NCBI RefSeq assembly: GCF_006345805.1 | Contig: NC_043023.1 | Span: 13,144,001 to 13,208,000 of the forward strand | Direction: 5' to 3' | From: Octopus sinensis | Lineage: Eukaryota | DNA length: 64,000 bases | In this document: in pieces, positions 34,190 to 47,528 of the stretch | Layout of the letters: every line of letters starts with the position of its first letter | How positions within the stretch are numbered: position 1 is the stretch's first letter | Program-made: the position numbers and the translations under genes | The notes under the pieces: generated by a model | Seen by the model: the letters and a program-made list of their open reading frames with translations, nothing else | What the model was told of the DNA's origin: nothing | Databases searched by the model: none

Positions 34190-35400
34190 ATCCCTTTATT
34201 AAAATAATCTGGTGTAAATTTGGAAAAACTGGAACATAAGCTATTGAGAGAATGGGACAAAGAAAATCACTGGAGCGGAACCAACAAGTCAACAGAGCCA
34301 TCTATTGGAGAATTGAAGAAATACAATCGTACGAAGGAAGTAACTTCTACAACACAGTTCCCTTAATTTATTAATTAGTGCATTTAATTAGCGATCATTG
34401 GACTTGCAAATTATAACCGTATACGGTAAATTTACAAAGATTCACTTCAATGCTGTAATGGTGATAATAATACTACGAATAGCAATATAAATTATAGAAT
34501 TATGTAAACCTCTCGCTGTCACTGTAATTATTTCTGCAATTTCAACCAATCAATGACGTCTATTGAGGTGAAAACATTCTGTGCCTTATGAATATGTCCC
34601 TCGTTTAAGCAACAGATTGGGTTTATTTACATTTGTGAAGAAAAAAAGATACCCTTCCCCCCACCCCTAAGCCTAACCCTAAAACAGATTGAAATGCAAT
34701 AGATCGATACTAGGGTCATAATTATGGGTGACAATTTCATATGACATCGCTCGAAAAAACTGCTGTTGAAAAAGAAAAGATCCGACGAAGACACTTGCCC
34801 ATGTGCCACGGAGCGGGATTGAACCCGGAAGGATATTGTTGCTAAGCAAGAACTTATAACGCAGCCACCATACATAGACACGTACACACGCACCAACAAG
34901 TTAGTATCGCCATCTATAGGAGAATTAAAGAAATACAATCGTACGAAGGGAAGTAACTTCTACAACACAACTTCCCTTAATTTATTAATTAGTGCATTTA
35001 ATTAGCGATCATTGGACTCGTATTTTATATCCGAATACGGTAAGTTTACAAAGATTCACTTTAATGCTGTAATGGTGATGATAATACTACGAATAGCAAT
35101 ATAAATAATAGAATTATGTAAACCTCTCGCTGTCACTGTAATTATTTCGAAGCGGGAACCTGACAGCTTTAGGAAATTATAATTGCTCGTCTTAATTAAT
35201 GACTTCCTAATTGAAATGTTGATCGGTTGTTTATGGAAAGCGATGATCGAATGTTATATATGATATAAGGGGAATTAAATTGTAAAATGAGAGTAAATAG
35301 GGTTAGGGAAACCGATTGAAAAATACCAGATTAATTTCTGTTGATGAGGCATTGATGAAACGGTAAACTGAGAGATTTCCTTTAAGGTTAAACTAATACT
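34190..35400 (+). promoter_or_regulatory. Two upstream-module copies ahead of gene F
   Basis: GCCATCTA(T/A)..GGAG starts at ~34297 and ~34908; donor-like CG|GTAAGT at 35040; acceptor at 37125-37126. Confidence 0.45.
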
Positions 35401-35851
35401 TGTAATGGTGATGATGGGGTTTCTATTTACGAAGAGTGGTCCCAAATGTTGACAGGGGACCAACATTTGTCGAGAGAAGCGAGAAGTCAGTTACATGGAT
35501 CTGGGTATTTGCCGAAAGGTATGAAAAGCAAAGTCGACCGTCGGCCGTATTTGAAGTCAGGACTTTGTCCCGTGGCCGACTTCGTTCCGTTCTGTGTGAA
35601 TACAATTACGGCCCACATTGCGATGATGTATGCCGACCCGTTAACCATTGTTTTTGGCTATGGAGATTCCGATTCAGAAATTAAAAAAAATATATATTAT
35701 TGGCAAAACTCGCAACTTCAAAATTGCGATTTTCCCTTCTGTTTTTTCATTTTGTCACTTCCTTCGTAAATTTGGGTGAAATACGTAGAAAAGTACGGAG
35801 ATTTATTTTAAGAAATAATAATAATAAAATTATCCGAACCCCCTCCCGATT

Positions 35852-36312
35852 CTACGGCCTTCTAACAGGTTATCCACATGTTAGAAATAACAGCCAAATC
35901 TCACAAAAAATTTGTTTTCTTTTAACTTTCAGAAAAACTTATATTTTGAAATAGAATTTTCCACATGAACACTACGATAAAATAACGAAAGAAATATGTA
36001 ATCAGTCTACTGTGTCCACGCACACTCATATATAAACATGTACAAAACAATACTAAATTGCTTATAATCATGTCCATTGCACCTAGAAAGTTCCCCTCTA
36101 AAATACAAGTCCGGACAAATTTGTTAATTGAAGAACCACAGAAACCCATGCATGCCAGTCTAGCCTCTCAATGCCACCAATGTTATCCAAGGGTTAGGCA
36201 CAGATTGATAGAGCAGAGCAATCGATACAGAGTATGTACAAAAATGCCTTAGAGTTTGTATTAGATTTGGCTGTTATTTCTAGCATGTGGGTAGCCTGCT
36301 AGTAGGCCGTAG
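35852..36312. mobile_element. MITE with ~55-bp TIRs containing TAGAAATAACAGCCAAATCT
   Basis: CTACGGCC...AGAAATAACAGCCAAATCT versus AGATTTGGCTGTTATTTCT...GGCCGTAG; solo left end at ~29950-30040. Confidence 0.6.
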
Positions 36313-37498
36313 ACTCGGGATTGCAGGAGGTTCTTGTAATATATTTTTTTTTCCTGAAATACTCTCCTACTTATTTCAGTCATTTGACTGCGGCCATGCT
36401 GGAGCACCGCCTTTAGTCAAGCAAATCGACCCCGGGACTTATTCTGTCGGTCTGTTTTGCCGAACCGCTTAGTGACGGGGACGTTAACACACCAGCATCG
36501 GTTGTCAAGCAATGCTACAGGGATAACCCCCTCCCCCATATATATATATATACACATATATACGACAGGCTTCTTTCAGTTTCCGTCTACCAAATCCACT
36601 CACAAGGCATTGGTCGGCCCGGGGCTATAGCAGAAGACACTTGCCCAAGATGCCACGCAGTGGGACTGAACCCGGAACCATGTGGTTGGTAAGCAAGCTA
36701 CTTACCACACAGCCACTCCTGCACCTTTGTTGGAATTATACAACCAAATTATTTCTGAATCATAAGCTCCGTATTTCTCAGAGTATTTTCTCCCGCAAAA
36801 AACGTCTGAAAATAGCGAAAATTGAAGAAATGGGTGTGGGTAATTGAAATTTTGAAATAGGGATTTCGGAAGTTCTTAAAAAAATTTTTTTTTTCAGAAT
36901 TGTAATCTCCATACCTAAAAATGTGGGTTTCATTAAAAAACAAAACTTTTCAGTGGGGGTTTGAGATGTTTAGGCATGCCAGTCTTTCAAAACCTCAGTG
37001 AATTCTGACCCATGTGAAAATAGGCATTAAATGGATGAAAAGTGTTGATGCTGTAATATTTGCTATGTTGATTACTATATCATTTATCTTTTACTCTTTA
37101 TCTCACTGCTTCTTTTCTTATTTCAGAATATCCCACCTTGTTGATGTCAAAGAAATTTCTTCATTGAGATCTACCTTTGATAGTTTTATCAACTTTCATC
37201 AACTAAAGGAAGACGATATATTTATAAGGAGCCTTCATCAATACATCAATCTCTTTATATAAATAATATCCATGACAAACTACAGCGAAATATTTTTCTT
37301 GTCTTCACTGTCTGGAATGTAGAGGAGGTGATTGCTTTAGAAGTTGGATAACTTTACGAAGGACCTGACAGTTTTCACCTGCTAATTTAGACATTAAGTA
37401 AGATCACAGCTGAAAAACATAGCATTAAATTATTCCCTGAAAATAGTCACTCAACTGAACACAAACATATTCATAGAAAAGAAAAAAACGATATCTTT

Positions 37499-39253
37499 GT
37501 GATATATATGAGAAATTATTCTCTCAGAATGAATAATTTAATAGAATCTGAAAACCCTGATACAAAAGAGAAGCCATATTCCTGTGATGTCTGTGGAAAA
37601 TCATTCTCTCGAAGAACTCACTTCACCGTTCACAAACGTACTCATACGGGTGAGAAGCCATATCACTGTGATATCTGTGGTAAATCATTCTCTTGTAGTA
37701 GCCACTTGTCTAAACATAAACGTATTCATACAGGGGAGAAGCCGTATCACTGTGATATCTGTGGTAAATCGTTTTCTGAAAATTGCAATTTAGCTCATCA
37801 CAAGCGTATTCATACAGGAGAGATGCCATATCATTGTGATGTCTGTGGTAAACCATTCACTGCAAAAAGTCACTTGACTAGACACGAGCGCGTTCATACA
37901 GGAGAGAAACCATATCCTTGTGATATCTGTGGCAAATCCTTCTCTGAAAATAGCAGTTTAACTATTCACAAGCGTATTCATACAGGGGAGAAGCCATATC
38001 AGTGTGATATCTGTGGTGAATCATTTTCTAATGCCAGTGACTTAAAAAGGCACAGACGTATTCATACGGGTGAGAAACCATATCATTGTGATATCTGTGG
38101 TAAATTATTCTCTGAAAATTATAGGTTGATTAATCATAAACGTTATCATACTGGGGAAAAACCATATCAATGTGATATTTGTGACAAATCATTCTCTCAG
38201 AGTAGTGACTTAAGTAATCACCAGCGCATTCACTCTGGAAAGAAACCATATGATTGTGATATCTGTGGTAAATCATTCTCTTGTAGTAGCAACTCATCTA
38301 AACATATACGTATTCATACAGGACAGAAGCCATACCATTGTAATATCTGTGGTAAATCATTCAATGGAAACAGTGACTTGACTAGACACAAGCGCGTTCA
38401 TACAGGAGAGAAAGCATATACTTGTAATATTTGTGGTAAATCATTCCCTGAAAGAGGTGTCTTAACTAGACATCAGCGTATTCATACAGGGGAGAAGCCA
38501 TATCATTGTGATATCTGTGGTAAATCATTCTCTTGTAGTAGCCACTTGTCTGATCATAAACGTATTCATACGGGTGACAACCCGTATCATTGTGATATCT
38601 GTGGTAAATCATTCTCTGAAAATCGTAGCTTGACGATACACAAATACATTCATACTGGGGAAAAACCATATCATTGTGATATCTGTGGTAAATCATTCTC
38701 TCGTAGCAGCAACTTGCCTAAACATAAACGTATTCATACAGTAGAGAAGCCATATCACTGCGACATTTGTGGTAAATCATTCACTGCAGGCAGTGATTTG
38801 ACAAAACACAAACGTACACATACAGGAGAGAAACCATATCAGTGTGATATCTGTGGCAAATCATTCCCTGAAAGAGGTGTCTTAACTAGACATCAACGTA
38901 TTCATACAGGGGAGAAGCCATACCAGTGTGATATCTGTGGTAAATCATTCATTGCTAAAAGTCACTTGGCTAGACACCAGCGCAGTCATACAGGAGTGAA
39001 ACCATATCCTTGTGATATCTGTGGCAAATCATTCTCTCAAAATTACAGTTTAACCATTCACATGCGTATTCACACAGGGGAGAAACCATATCAGTGTAAC
39101 ATCTGTGGCAAATCATTCTCTGAAAGAGGTGTCTTAACTAAACACCAGCGTATTCATACAGGGGAGAAGCCACATCAGTGTGATATCTGTGGTAAATCAT
39201 TCTCACGAAAATCCCACTTTAATACACATATGAGTATACACACACAAGTGTGA
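37499..39253 (+). CDS. C2H2 zinc-finger protein F (20 fingers)
   Basis: 584-aa ORF; first ATG 37508; closest paralogue of E; ends HMSIHTQV*. Confidence 0.95.
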   Translation: MIYMRNYSLRMNNLIESENPDTKEKPYSCDVCGKSFSRRTHFTVHKRTHTGEKPYHCDICGKSFSCSSHLSKHKRIHTGEKPYHCDICGKSFSENCNLAHHKRIHTGEMPYHCDVCGKPFTAKSHLTRHERVHTGEKPYPCDICGKSFSENSSLTIHKRIHTGEKPYQCDICGESFSNASDLKRHRRIHTGEKPYHCDICGKLFSENYRLINHKRYHTGEKPYQCDICDKSFSQSSDLSNHQRIHSGKKPYDCDICGKSFSCSSNSSKHIRIHTGQKPYHCNICGKSFNGNSDLTRHKRVHTGEKAYTCNICGKSFPERGVLTRHQRIHTGEKPYHCDICGKSFSCSSHLSDHKRIHTGDNPYHCDICGKSFSENRSLTIHKYIHTGEKPYHCDICGKSFSRSSNLPKHKRIHTVEKPYHCDICGKSFTAGSDLTKHKRTHTGEKPYQCDICGKSFPERGVLTRHQRIHTGEKPYQCDICGKSFIAKSHLARHQRSHTGVKPYPCDICGKSFSQNYSLTIHMRIHTGEKPYQCNICGKSFSERGVLTKHQRIHTGEKPHQCDICGKSFSRKSHFNTHMSIHTQV

Positions 39254-39440
39254 CTGTATAAGTATTAAAATTTATTACAACTCAACTGCAATTAGTAATA
39301 TTTTTCCTACTAAGAGGCAGGTTTTTTTATCTCTTCAAATTTCATATTATAAACTTCAATCTTCATCAATATCTACATCAAATTCTTGAATATCTACCTG
39401 AATGTATATATGGAAATACATCAACACAACAATGCCTTTG

Positions 39441-39903
39441 AGGTGTCTTAACTAGACATCAGCGTATTCATACAGGGGAGAAGCCACATCAGTGTGCTGT
39501 CTGTGGTAAATCATTCTCTGAAAGAGGTGTCTTAACTATACACCAGCCTATTCATACAGGGGAGAAGCCACATCAGTGTGCTGTCTGTGGTAAATCATTC
39601 TCTGAAAGAGGTGTCTTAACTATACACCAGCCTATTCATACAGGGGAGAAGCCACATCAGTGTGCTGTCTGTGGTAAATCATTCTCTGAAAGAGGTGTCT
39701 TAACTATACACCAGCCTATTCATACAGGGGAGAAGCCACATCAGTGTGCTGTCTGTGGTAAATCATTCTCTGAAAGAAGTGTCTTAACTATACACCAGCC
39801 TATTCATACAGGGGAGAAGCCACATCAGTGTGCTGTCTGTGGTAAATCATTCTCTGAAAGAGGTGTCTTAACTATACACCAGCCTATCCATACAGGGGAG
39901 AAG
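39441..39903 (+). repeat. 84-bp tandem array of a single zinc finger (5.5 near-identical copies), no start codon
   Basis: Units start at 39441, 39525, 39609, 39693, 39777 and 39861, each encoding [28 protein letters not shown] (one has S in place of G). Confidence 0.95.
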
Positions 39904-39929
39904 GGATAATGAATAAAAGGGTAAATTGA

Positions 39930-40440
39930 AATTTGTCGTCATCGTCTTCTTCTCCTCCTCCTTCTTCTCTTCAACCTCCTCCTTCTCCTCTTCAACCTCC
40001 TCCTTTTTCTTCTCCTCCTCTTCCACCTCCTTTTTTTCTTCTTTGTGTTCCACTTCTTCTCCCCCTCCTCTTCCTCCTTTTTCTTCTTCTTTGTCTACTT
40101 CCACTTCTCCTCCTCCTCCTCTTCCACCGTCTCCTTTTTCTTCTTCTCCTCTTCAACCTCCTTCTATTTCTTCTTCCAATTCTTCTCCTCCTCCCCCTCC
40201 TCTTCCACCTCCTTTTTCTTCTCCTCCTCCTCTTCCACCTCTTTTTTTCTTCTTCATGTTCCACCTCTTCAACTTCTCCCCCTCCTTTTTCTTCTTTGTC
40301 TACTTCTTCTTCTTCCACTTCTTCTTCTCCTCCTCCTCCTCCTCCTTTTCCACCTCCTTTTTCTTCTTTGTCTACTTCTTCTTCTTCCACTTCTCCTTCT
40401 TCTCCTCCTCCTCCACCTCCTCCTTCTCCTTCTTTGGTTT
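39930..40440. repeat. ~500-bp polypyrimidine (CTT/CCT) low-complexity tract
   Basis: Direct inspection; source of the poly-S/P/L/F/E/R ORFs. Confidence 0.9.
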
Positions 40441-40635
40441 TGCTTATGTTGTGTTCTCATCACTGTCGCCGTTATCATCCTCATCCTTTAGTGATCCTTT
40501 CAATAACCTGTGACATGAGGTGGCAAGCCATAGTTCTACACCGGGTTCCGGTCTTATTTATTTCGGTTTCTTCGGATGTATTCTCCAAATTGTAAACGAT
40601 TTACAGTTTATGCTGTGTGCTTTATATATACATAC

Positions 40636-40683
<48 letters not shown>

Positions 40684-41189
40684 TCTTTCACTTGTTTCAG
40701 TCATTTGACTGCAGCCATGCTGGAGCACCGCCTTTAGTTGAACAACTCGACCCCAGGCCTTATTCTTTGTAAGCCCAGTACTTATTCTATCGGTCTCTTT
40801 TGCCGAACTGCTAAGTGACGGGTACGAAAACACTCCAGCATCGGTTGTCAAGCAATGCTAGAGGGACAAACACAGACACACAAACATATAGACACACATA
40901 CATATATATACATATATACGACAGGCTTCTTTCAGTTTCCGTCTACCAAATCCACTCACAAGGCATTGATTGGCCCGGGGCTATAGCAGAAGACACTTGC
41001 CCAAGGTGCCATGCAGTGGGACTGAACCCGGAACCATATGGTTGGTTAGCAAGCTACTTACCACACAGCCACTCCTGCGCCTATATATATATATATATTT
41101 TTTTTTTTTTCATTAATTAATAAATTCAGAAAATTTCTCCGCTACCAGCGGTCAAGTGAGAAAGAATAGATAGTCAATAGACTATGTAA

Positions 41190-41428
41190 TATACATTCAA
41201 ACATATAAGGGATGGCCATAATAGGACATCTGACTCACTAGAAAGAGCAGTTAAACTCCAAACCACTAATAAAATTGCTGAAACTATGCATAGTCCCGAA
41301 AAGATAGGGTAAACGTTTTTATTTCTCTTTCCCTTTCAGAATTACAACTATTAGTGGTTTGGAGTTTAACTGCTCTTTCTAGTGAGTCAGATGTCCTATT
41401 ATGGCCATCTCTTATGTGTTTGAATATA
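41190..41428. repeat. Inverted repeat with ~80-bp arms and ~77-bp spacer
   Basis: 41190-41271 versus 41349-41428; about 2-3 mismatches. Confidence 0.9.
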
Positions 41429-41430
41429 TA

Positions 41431-43697
41431 TATATATATTTAGGTTGCTGAATAAAGAAAATGAATGGGATAAAGAGAGTCTGCCGAATGTTGACCCAAC
41501 AGAGGGACCAGCAATCCGAGTTGACAGTTCCTTAGTAGTTAAAGCAATTACAAGCATGGAAACAGGGAAAGCCCGAGGCCCATCAGGAATTACTGCAGAG
41601 CTGCTCAAAATATCTGGTAGTGTCGGCTATAGCCTACTCACCTGTATAGTTAACCAGGTGATACACGAAGGAGTCATACCCAATGACTGGTGTAGCAGCA
41701 TAATAGTCAACTGCTACAAAGGTAAAGGTGACGCCCTAGATACAAATAACTACAGAGGTATCAAGCTGCTGGATCAGGTAATGAAGGTTACGGAGAGGGT
41801 TATAGCCCAACTAATTAGAGAGAGAGTTAGCTTAGATGAGATGCAGTTTGGGTTCGTGCCAGGGAAAAGTACTATCGATGCTATCTTCCTGGTGAGACAG
41901 CTGCAGGAGAAATACCTAGCCAAAGACAACCCCCTATACCTGGCTTTTGTTGATATGCAGAAAGCCTTCGACAGGGTCCCCTGATCCCTTATCTGGTGGT
42001 CAATGAGGAAACTAGGGATAGATGAATGGTTAGTGAGAGCTGTACAAGCCATGTACAGAGATGCTGCTAGTAAGGTGAGGGTGGGCATCGAGTACAGTGA
42101 AGAATTCAGGGTAGAGGTTGGGGTCCACCAAGGTTCAGTCCTTAGTCCCCTCCTATTTATCATAGTCCTCCAGGCAATAACGGAGGAATTCAAGACAGGA
42201 TGCCCCTGGGAGCTCCTCTATGCTGATGACCTTGCTCTAATTGCTGAGTCTCTATCAGAATTGGAGGAGAAGTTTCAGGTGTGGAAGCAAGGTTTAGAAT
42301 CGAAGGGCCTTAGAATCAACCTAGCCAAAACCAAAGTCCTAATAAGTAGGAAGGTAGACCAATCACAAATGCCTTCAGGTAGATGGCCCTGCTCGATCTG
42401 TAGAAAAGGCGTAGGTAGAAACTCTATAAGATGCACCAAATGTAAGCTATGGACACAAGAGATATAGTAATGTCAAAGGAAGACTAACTAGGAAAATAGT
42501 TTTTATCTGTGGCAGATGCTCAGGAGCAATAAACTCTGAAAATATGCAGAGACCAACTTCTACCACGTTCCAGGGAGAAAAACTATAAGTAGTTGATAGC
42601 TTCTGCTACCTAGGTGACCAAGTCAGTAGCGGGGGCAGGTGTGCTGAAAGTGTAACTGCTAGAGTAAGAATAGCCTGGGCAAAGTTTAGAGAGCTCTTAC
42701 CCCTGCTGGTGACAAAAGGCCTCTCGCTCAAAGTAAAAGGCAGACTGTATGATGCATGTGTACGTACAGCCATGCTACATGGCAGTGAAACATGGGCTGT
42801 GACTGCTGAGGATTTGCGTAAGCTCACAAGAAATGAAGCTAGTATGCTCCGATGGATGTGTAATGTCAGTATTCATAATTGACAGTGTAAGTACCTTGAG
42901 AGAAAAGTTGGACCTAAGAAGCATCAATTTCGTGTGCAAGAGAGACGATTGTGCTGGTATGGTCATGTGGCGAGAATGGATGAAGATAGGTGTGTGAAAA
43001 GGTGCCACACCCTGGCAGTTGAGGGGGACCTGTGGAAGAGGTAGACCCAGGAAAACCTGGGACGAGGTGGTGAAGCACGACCTTCGAACTTTAGGTCTCA
43101 CCAAGGAAATGACTAGAGACCGAGACCTATGGAAGTATGCTGTGTGTGAGAAGACACGGCAAGACCAGTGAGAACAGTCAGAATCAAAATGAAAATGAAA
43201 ATCAAACCAAATCAAATCAGATATCAGAAAGCAGAACCAAAATTGAGGCCGATCAACATGAGTGGAAGTTGCAGCTGTGGTTAAGCGAACCATCCAATCA
43301 TTGTGTCCGCTGCCAGCCTTGCCTGGCCCCCGTGCCGGTGGCACGTAAAAGCACCACCCGCTCGCGTCCATTGCCAGCCTCGCCTGGCCCCTGTGCCGGT
43401 GGCACGCAAAAGCACCATCCGTTCGTGTCCGTTGCCAGCCTCGCCTGGCCCCCCATGCTGGTGGCACGTAAAAGCACCATCCGTTTGCCAGCTCCGTCTG
43501 GCACCTGTGCGGGTGACACGTAAAGAGCACCCACTACACTCACAGAGTGGTTGGCGTTAGGAAGGGCATCCAGCCGTAGAAACACTGCCAGATCTGACTG
43601 GGTCTGATGCGGCCTTCCGGCTTCACAGACCCCAGTTGAACCGTCCAACCCATGCTAGCATGGAAAACGGACGCTAAATGATGATGATGATGATGAT
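41431..43697 (+). mobile_element. 5'-truncated RTE-clade LINE (inactivated reverse transcriptase), 3'UTR and (GAT)n tail
   Basis: RT motifs YRGIKLL, QFGFVPG, LAFVDMQKAFDRVP, GVHQGSVLSP, LYADDL. CGA>TGA stop at 41982, frameshift near 42460 and further lesions; inserted in (TA)n. Confidence 0.92.
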
Positions 43698-44036
43698 ATA
43701 TATATATGTATGTATATATACACATGTACATATGTATATTCATGTGTGTATGTATGTATGCATATCTAATACCATAAATGCAAATATCAGTGTCACACTT
43801 TTTCAACTTTACTCCTAGAGGTCATAGCCCAACATATCATACCATTTTGGAATCAGGCTGAATCTGTGAGTAAATTAAGAATATTCCAGGCCATATCTTG
43901 GCTGGAGATGCGAAAACTCGCATTAAGGTTGAGGCACCTCTGGCTTTACTTGGAGGGAGAGCAACAGGAGTTCCACCGCAGATTTCTATAGAGGGTTAGT
44001 GGAATTTATGTCAGAAAACAGATGATTTGAGTGTTT

Positions 44037-44260
44037 AACCCTTTAGTATTCAGATTATTCAATCAAACATAATGCCTATTGATTCCCATTGATTTGAATT
44101 AATCATGCATTATCTCATATCTTCAAGATCTTGATGGTGTAATTACTTAATGTAGAATAACATTGTAGGGTAGGTGTGAGAGCCTGGATCTGGTCAGTTT
44201 GAACATAAAACAGATTAGCTATTTTGGCCGGATTTGGCCGGTTTAAATACTAAAGGGTTA
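44037..44260. mobile_element. piggyBac-like MITE, second family (TTAACCCTTTAG...CTAAAGGGTTAA)
   Basis: TTAA-bounded inverted termini; homologue at 52786-53012. Confidence 0.7.
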
Positions 44261-45404
44261 AGGCTTGTGTAGATGGGACTCCTTAACCTGGGTGAAGGTA
44301 TATTATTTAGGAGAGGGAAACTTATATAAACCAGGTCTTTGGTTGTGAGGGTCTCCTTAAAAAGGCTGTACTATCAGTATAATTCTGACTCATAAAGTAG
44401 ACTAGGCTCTCCAGCTTGCTTATAGGGGTTTGTCTAGGAGATGAAAACCTTAAAGAAAAAAACCTGAGTTGTGTTGTTTTTGGTATTGTGACACATAGGC
44501 ACAGGAGTGGCTGTGTGGTAAGTAGTCCGAGGTCGACTTTACCTTTCATCCTTTCGGGGTCGATAAATTAAGTACCAGTTACGCACTGGGGTCGATGTAA
44601 TTGACTTAATACCTATGTCTGTCGTTGTTTGTCCCCTCTATGTTTAGCCCCTTGTGGGTAATAAAGAAATAGGTAAGTAGCTTGCTAACCAACCACCTGG
44701 TTCCGGGTTCAGTCCCACTGCGTGTTATCTTGGGCAAGTGTCTTCTGCTATAGCCTTGGGCCAACCAAAGCCTTGTGAGTGGATTTGGTAGACGGAAACT
44801 GAAAGAAGCCTGTCGTATATATATATGTATGTTTGTGTGTCTGTGTTTGTCCCTCTAGCATTGCTTGAGAACAGACGTGTGTTTACGTCCCCGTCACTTA
44901 GCGGTTCGGCAAAAGAGACCCATAGAATAAGTACTGGGCTCACAAAGAATAAGTCCTGGGGTCGAGTTGCTCGACTAAAGGGAGTGCTCCAGCATGGCCG
45001 CAGTCAAATGATTGAAACCAGTAATAGAGAAAAGAGAGAGATGTGTTCACCATATTCTTGCTATCATCACTTCCAAAATGTGTGGCTGGTTCTACACAAG
45101 CCTTCAACACGCGAAACAAATATTTCTGTTTCGGGTTCCTGACAACTTACATTTATTCGTTCAATACGGCAGAGCTTCAAGTTGTGAATATCAAAAGGAG
45201 AGTGAAAGTGATAGGACAGGTAAAGGATATTACTGGAAGTCTCATGCTGGACCTCTGTACAGTCGGTGACCATTAGGTGATTGCCGTACCAGCACAGAAC
45301 TTGTGAGTAACTGCGGATAAACGACAAGAGGTCATCCAGAAAACAGAATGCCTACAAAAAATGCAGAGGCCCGGGTCAACGAACCCCCTCCATACGGAAG
45401 CGTC

Positions 45405-46000
45405 ATCTATGAGAGAATTGAGGAAATACAACCAGATAAAGGGAAATAACTTCTACAACACTCCAAACCACGTGCTCCCTGTAAATTATTAAGTAAGGTG
45501 CTTAATTACTGACCACCGACTCGCTCTTTATATCTGATTACGGTAAGTCGACAAAGATATTCTTTAAGGCTGTAATGATAATAATGTAAATTATAGAATT
45601 CTGTGACCCTCTCGATGTTACAGTAATTATTTGGAAGGCATAACAATAGGGAAATGTATTTGCTCGTCTTAATTAATGATTTCCGAAGTGAAATGTTGAT
45701 TTGTTGTTTATGAAAACCTATTATCAACTGTTACTTGTAATATATAGTAAATTAATTAGTAAAATGAGAGTATTGTGGTATAATTAATTAGTAAAATCCA
45801 GAGTAATGTAGCATAATTAATTTGTAAAATTAGAGGACTATCATTTTACTAAAGTTAATGTGATGAAGGCTGTCACATTAATAAACGTTGTCCTGTTGTT
45901 TATGAGGCCCTGATTAATCGGTAAGTTGGCGGGGATTTCTTCTAAGGTTATACTAATAATAGTAATGATGATGATCGTTTCAGATTTTGCCAGTCGAATA
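45405..46000 (+). promoter_or_regulatory. Upstream module with donor-like sites, gene G
   Basis: CGTCATCTATGAGAG start; CG|GTAAGT at 45543 and 45921; acceptor at 47114-47115. Confidence 0.45.
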
Positions 46001-47528
46001 CATAGAACCCAGTATTTCCCGAAAGGGATGAAAGGCAAAGTTGACGTCGGCCGTCTTTGAATTCAGGACTTTCCGCTGAGGTCGACTTCGACTTTCGTTC
46101 GTTTCGGGTGCATAAAATAATATTTTTTTTTTTTGCGAAATACGGAGTTTATGATTCATGTGTGAGTGTGTGTTCTTGATAATCGTTTAGAACAAGTAGT
46201 TTTACACCAATTACACTATTTTTTCTTAGTTTAAAGGCCGTGGACTGAAGATGTGAAATTTCCGAAGCCTCTCCCCCACCCCCCTTTCGCGAGCGCGCAT
46301 TTTTTTCATGATAGTCGTTTAGAGCAAGTTGTTTTACACCTATTACGCTGTTTTTGTTTTTGTGCCCGGTTCAGACGCTTTCGGAAATTCCCGATATAAA
46401 TATTCCGAGGCCTCTCCCCCACCCCTCTTTCTCGAGAGCGCATTTTTTTTTTCATATTCGTTTAGAGCAAGTTGTTTTACGCATATTACACTATTTTTTT
46501 TTGGTTTTGGTGCCCGGGTCAGCTCCTCAGACGCTTTCGGAACTTCCCGATGTGAATTTTCCGAGGCCTCTCCCCCACCCCCCTTTCGCGTGCGCGAATT
46601 TTTTTTTTCATATTCGTTCATAGGAAGTTGTTTTACACCTATTACACACATTTTTTTTTTGATTTTCTGATATTTGTTACGCCCTATATTAACCTTTCAT
46701 CCTTTCGGGGTCGAGAAATTAAGTACCAGTTGTGCACTGTGGTCGATATAATCGACTTAATCCGTTTGTCTGTCCTTGTTTGTGCCCTCTGTGTTTAGCC
46801 CCTTGTGGGCAGTAAAGAAATTAGGAACGTTAGTACTGTATTTCGTCTGTATTTACGTTCTGAGTTCAAATTCCGCCTACGGCGACTTTGCCTTTCGTAC
46901 TTTCATGGTCGATAAATTAAGTACTAGTTGTTGACTGGGGTCAATTTAATCGACTCTCTCTCGCCGCAAAAATTCCGGTTCTTGTGCCTAAAGTAGAAAA
47001 GAATGAGACACAATGTCTGAAATTTGGCGGCAGAATGTAGGTCGATTCAATGGAACCCAGCGCGTTACTCTGCTTCTTCTTCTTCTTTATCTTACTGCTT
47101 CTTTTTCTATTTCAGAATATCACTTCATGTTAACATGAAAGAAATTTCTTCATTCAGATGTACCTCTGGTATTTTTATTGACTTTTATGGATCAAAGGAA
47201 TACCATATTTTTATAAGGCACGTTCATCAATACTTCAACCTCTTTATATGAATAAAATCTTCATCAAACGATGGGAAAATATTTCTTCTGGACAATGCAA
47301 TTAACAACAATATTTTTTTGCCTTCACTGTCTGGAATGTAGAGGAGATAATCAATTTACAGATTAATTAAGCGTTGATGACTTTTCAAATGAGTTAGCAG
47401 TTTACATCTTGTGTTTTAGATATTCAGTAAGATCACAGATGAAAGAATTGTAGCATTGAATTTTCTCTGAAAATAGTGACACAACTGAACACAACCATAT
47501 TCATGGAAATGAAAAAAACACTATCATT

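Noticed and set aside
39868-40595. Poly-S/P/L/F and poly-E/R ORFs of 70-220 aa
   Set aside because: Open in several frames on both strands because the CT tract lacks stops; no coding signal.
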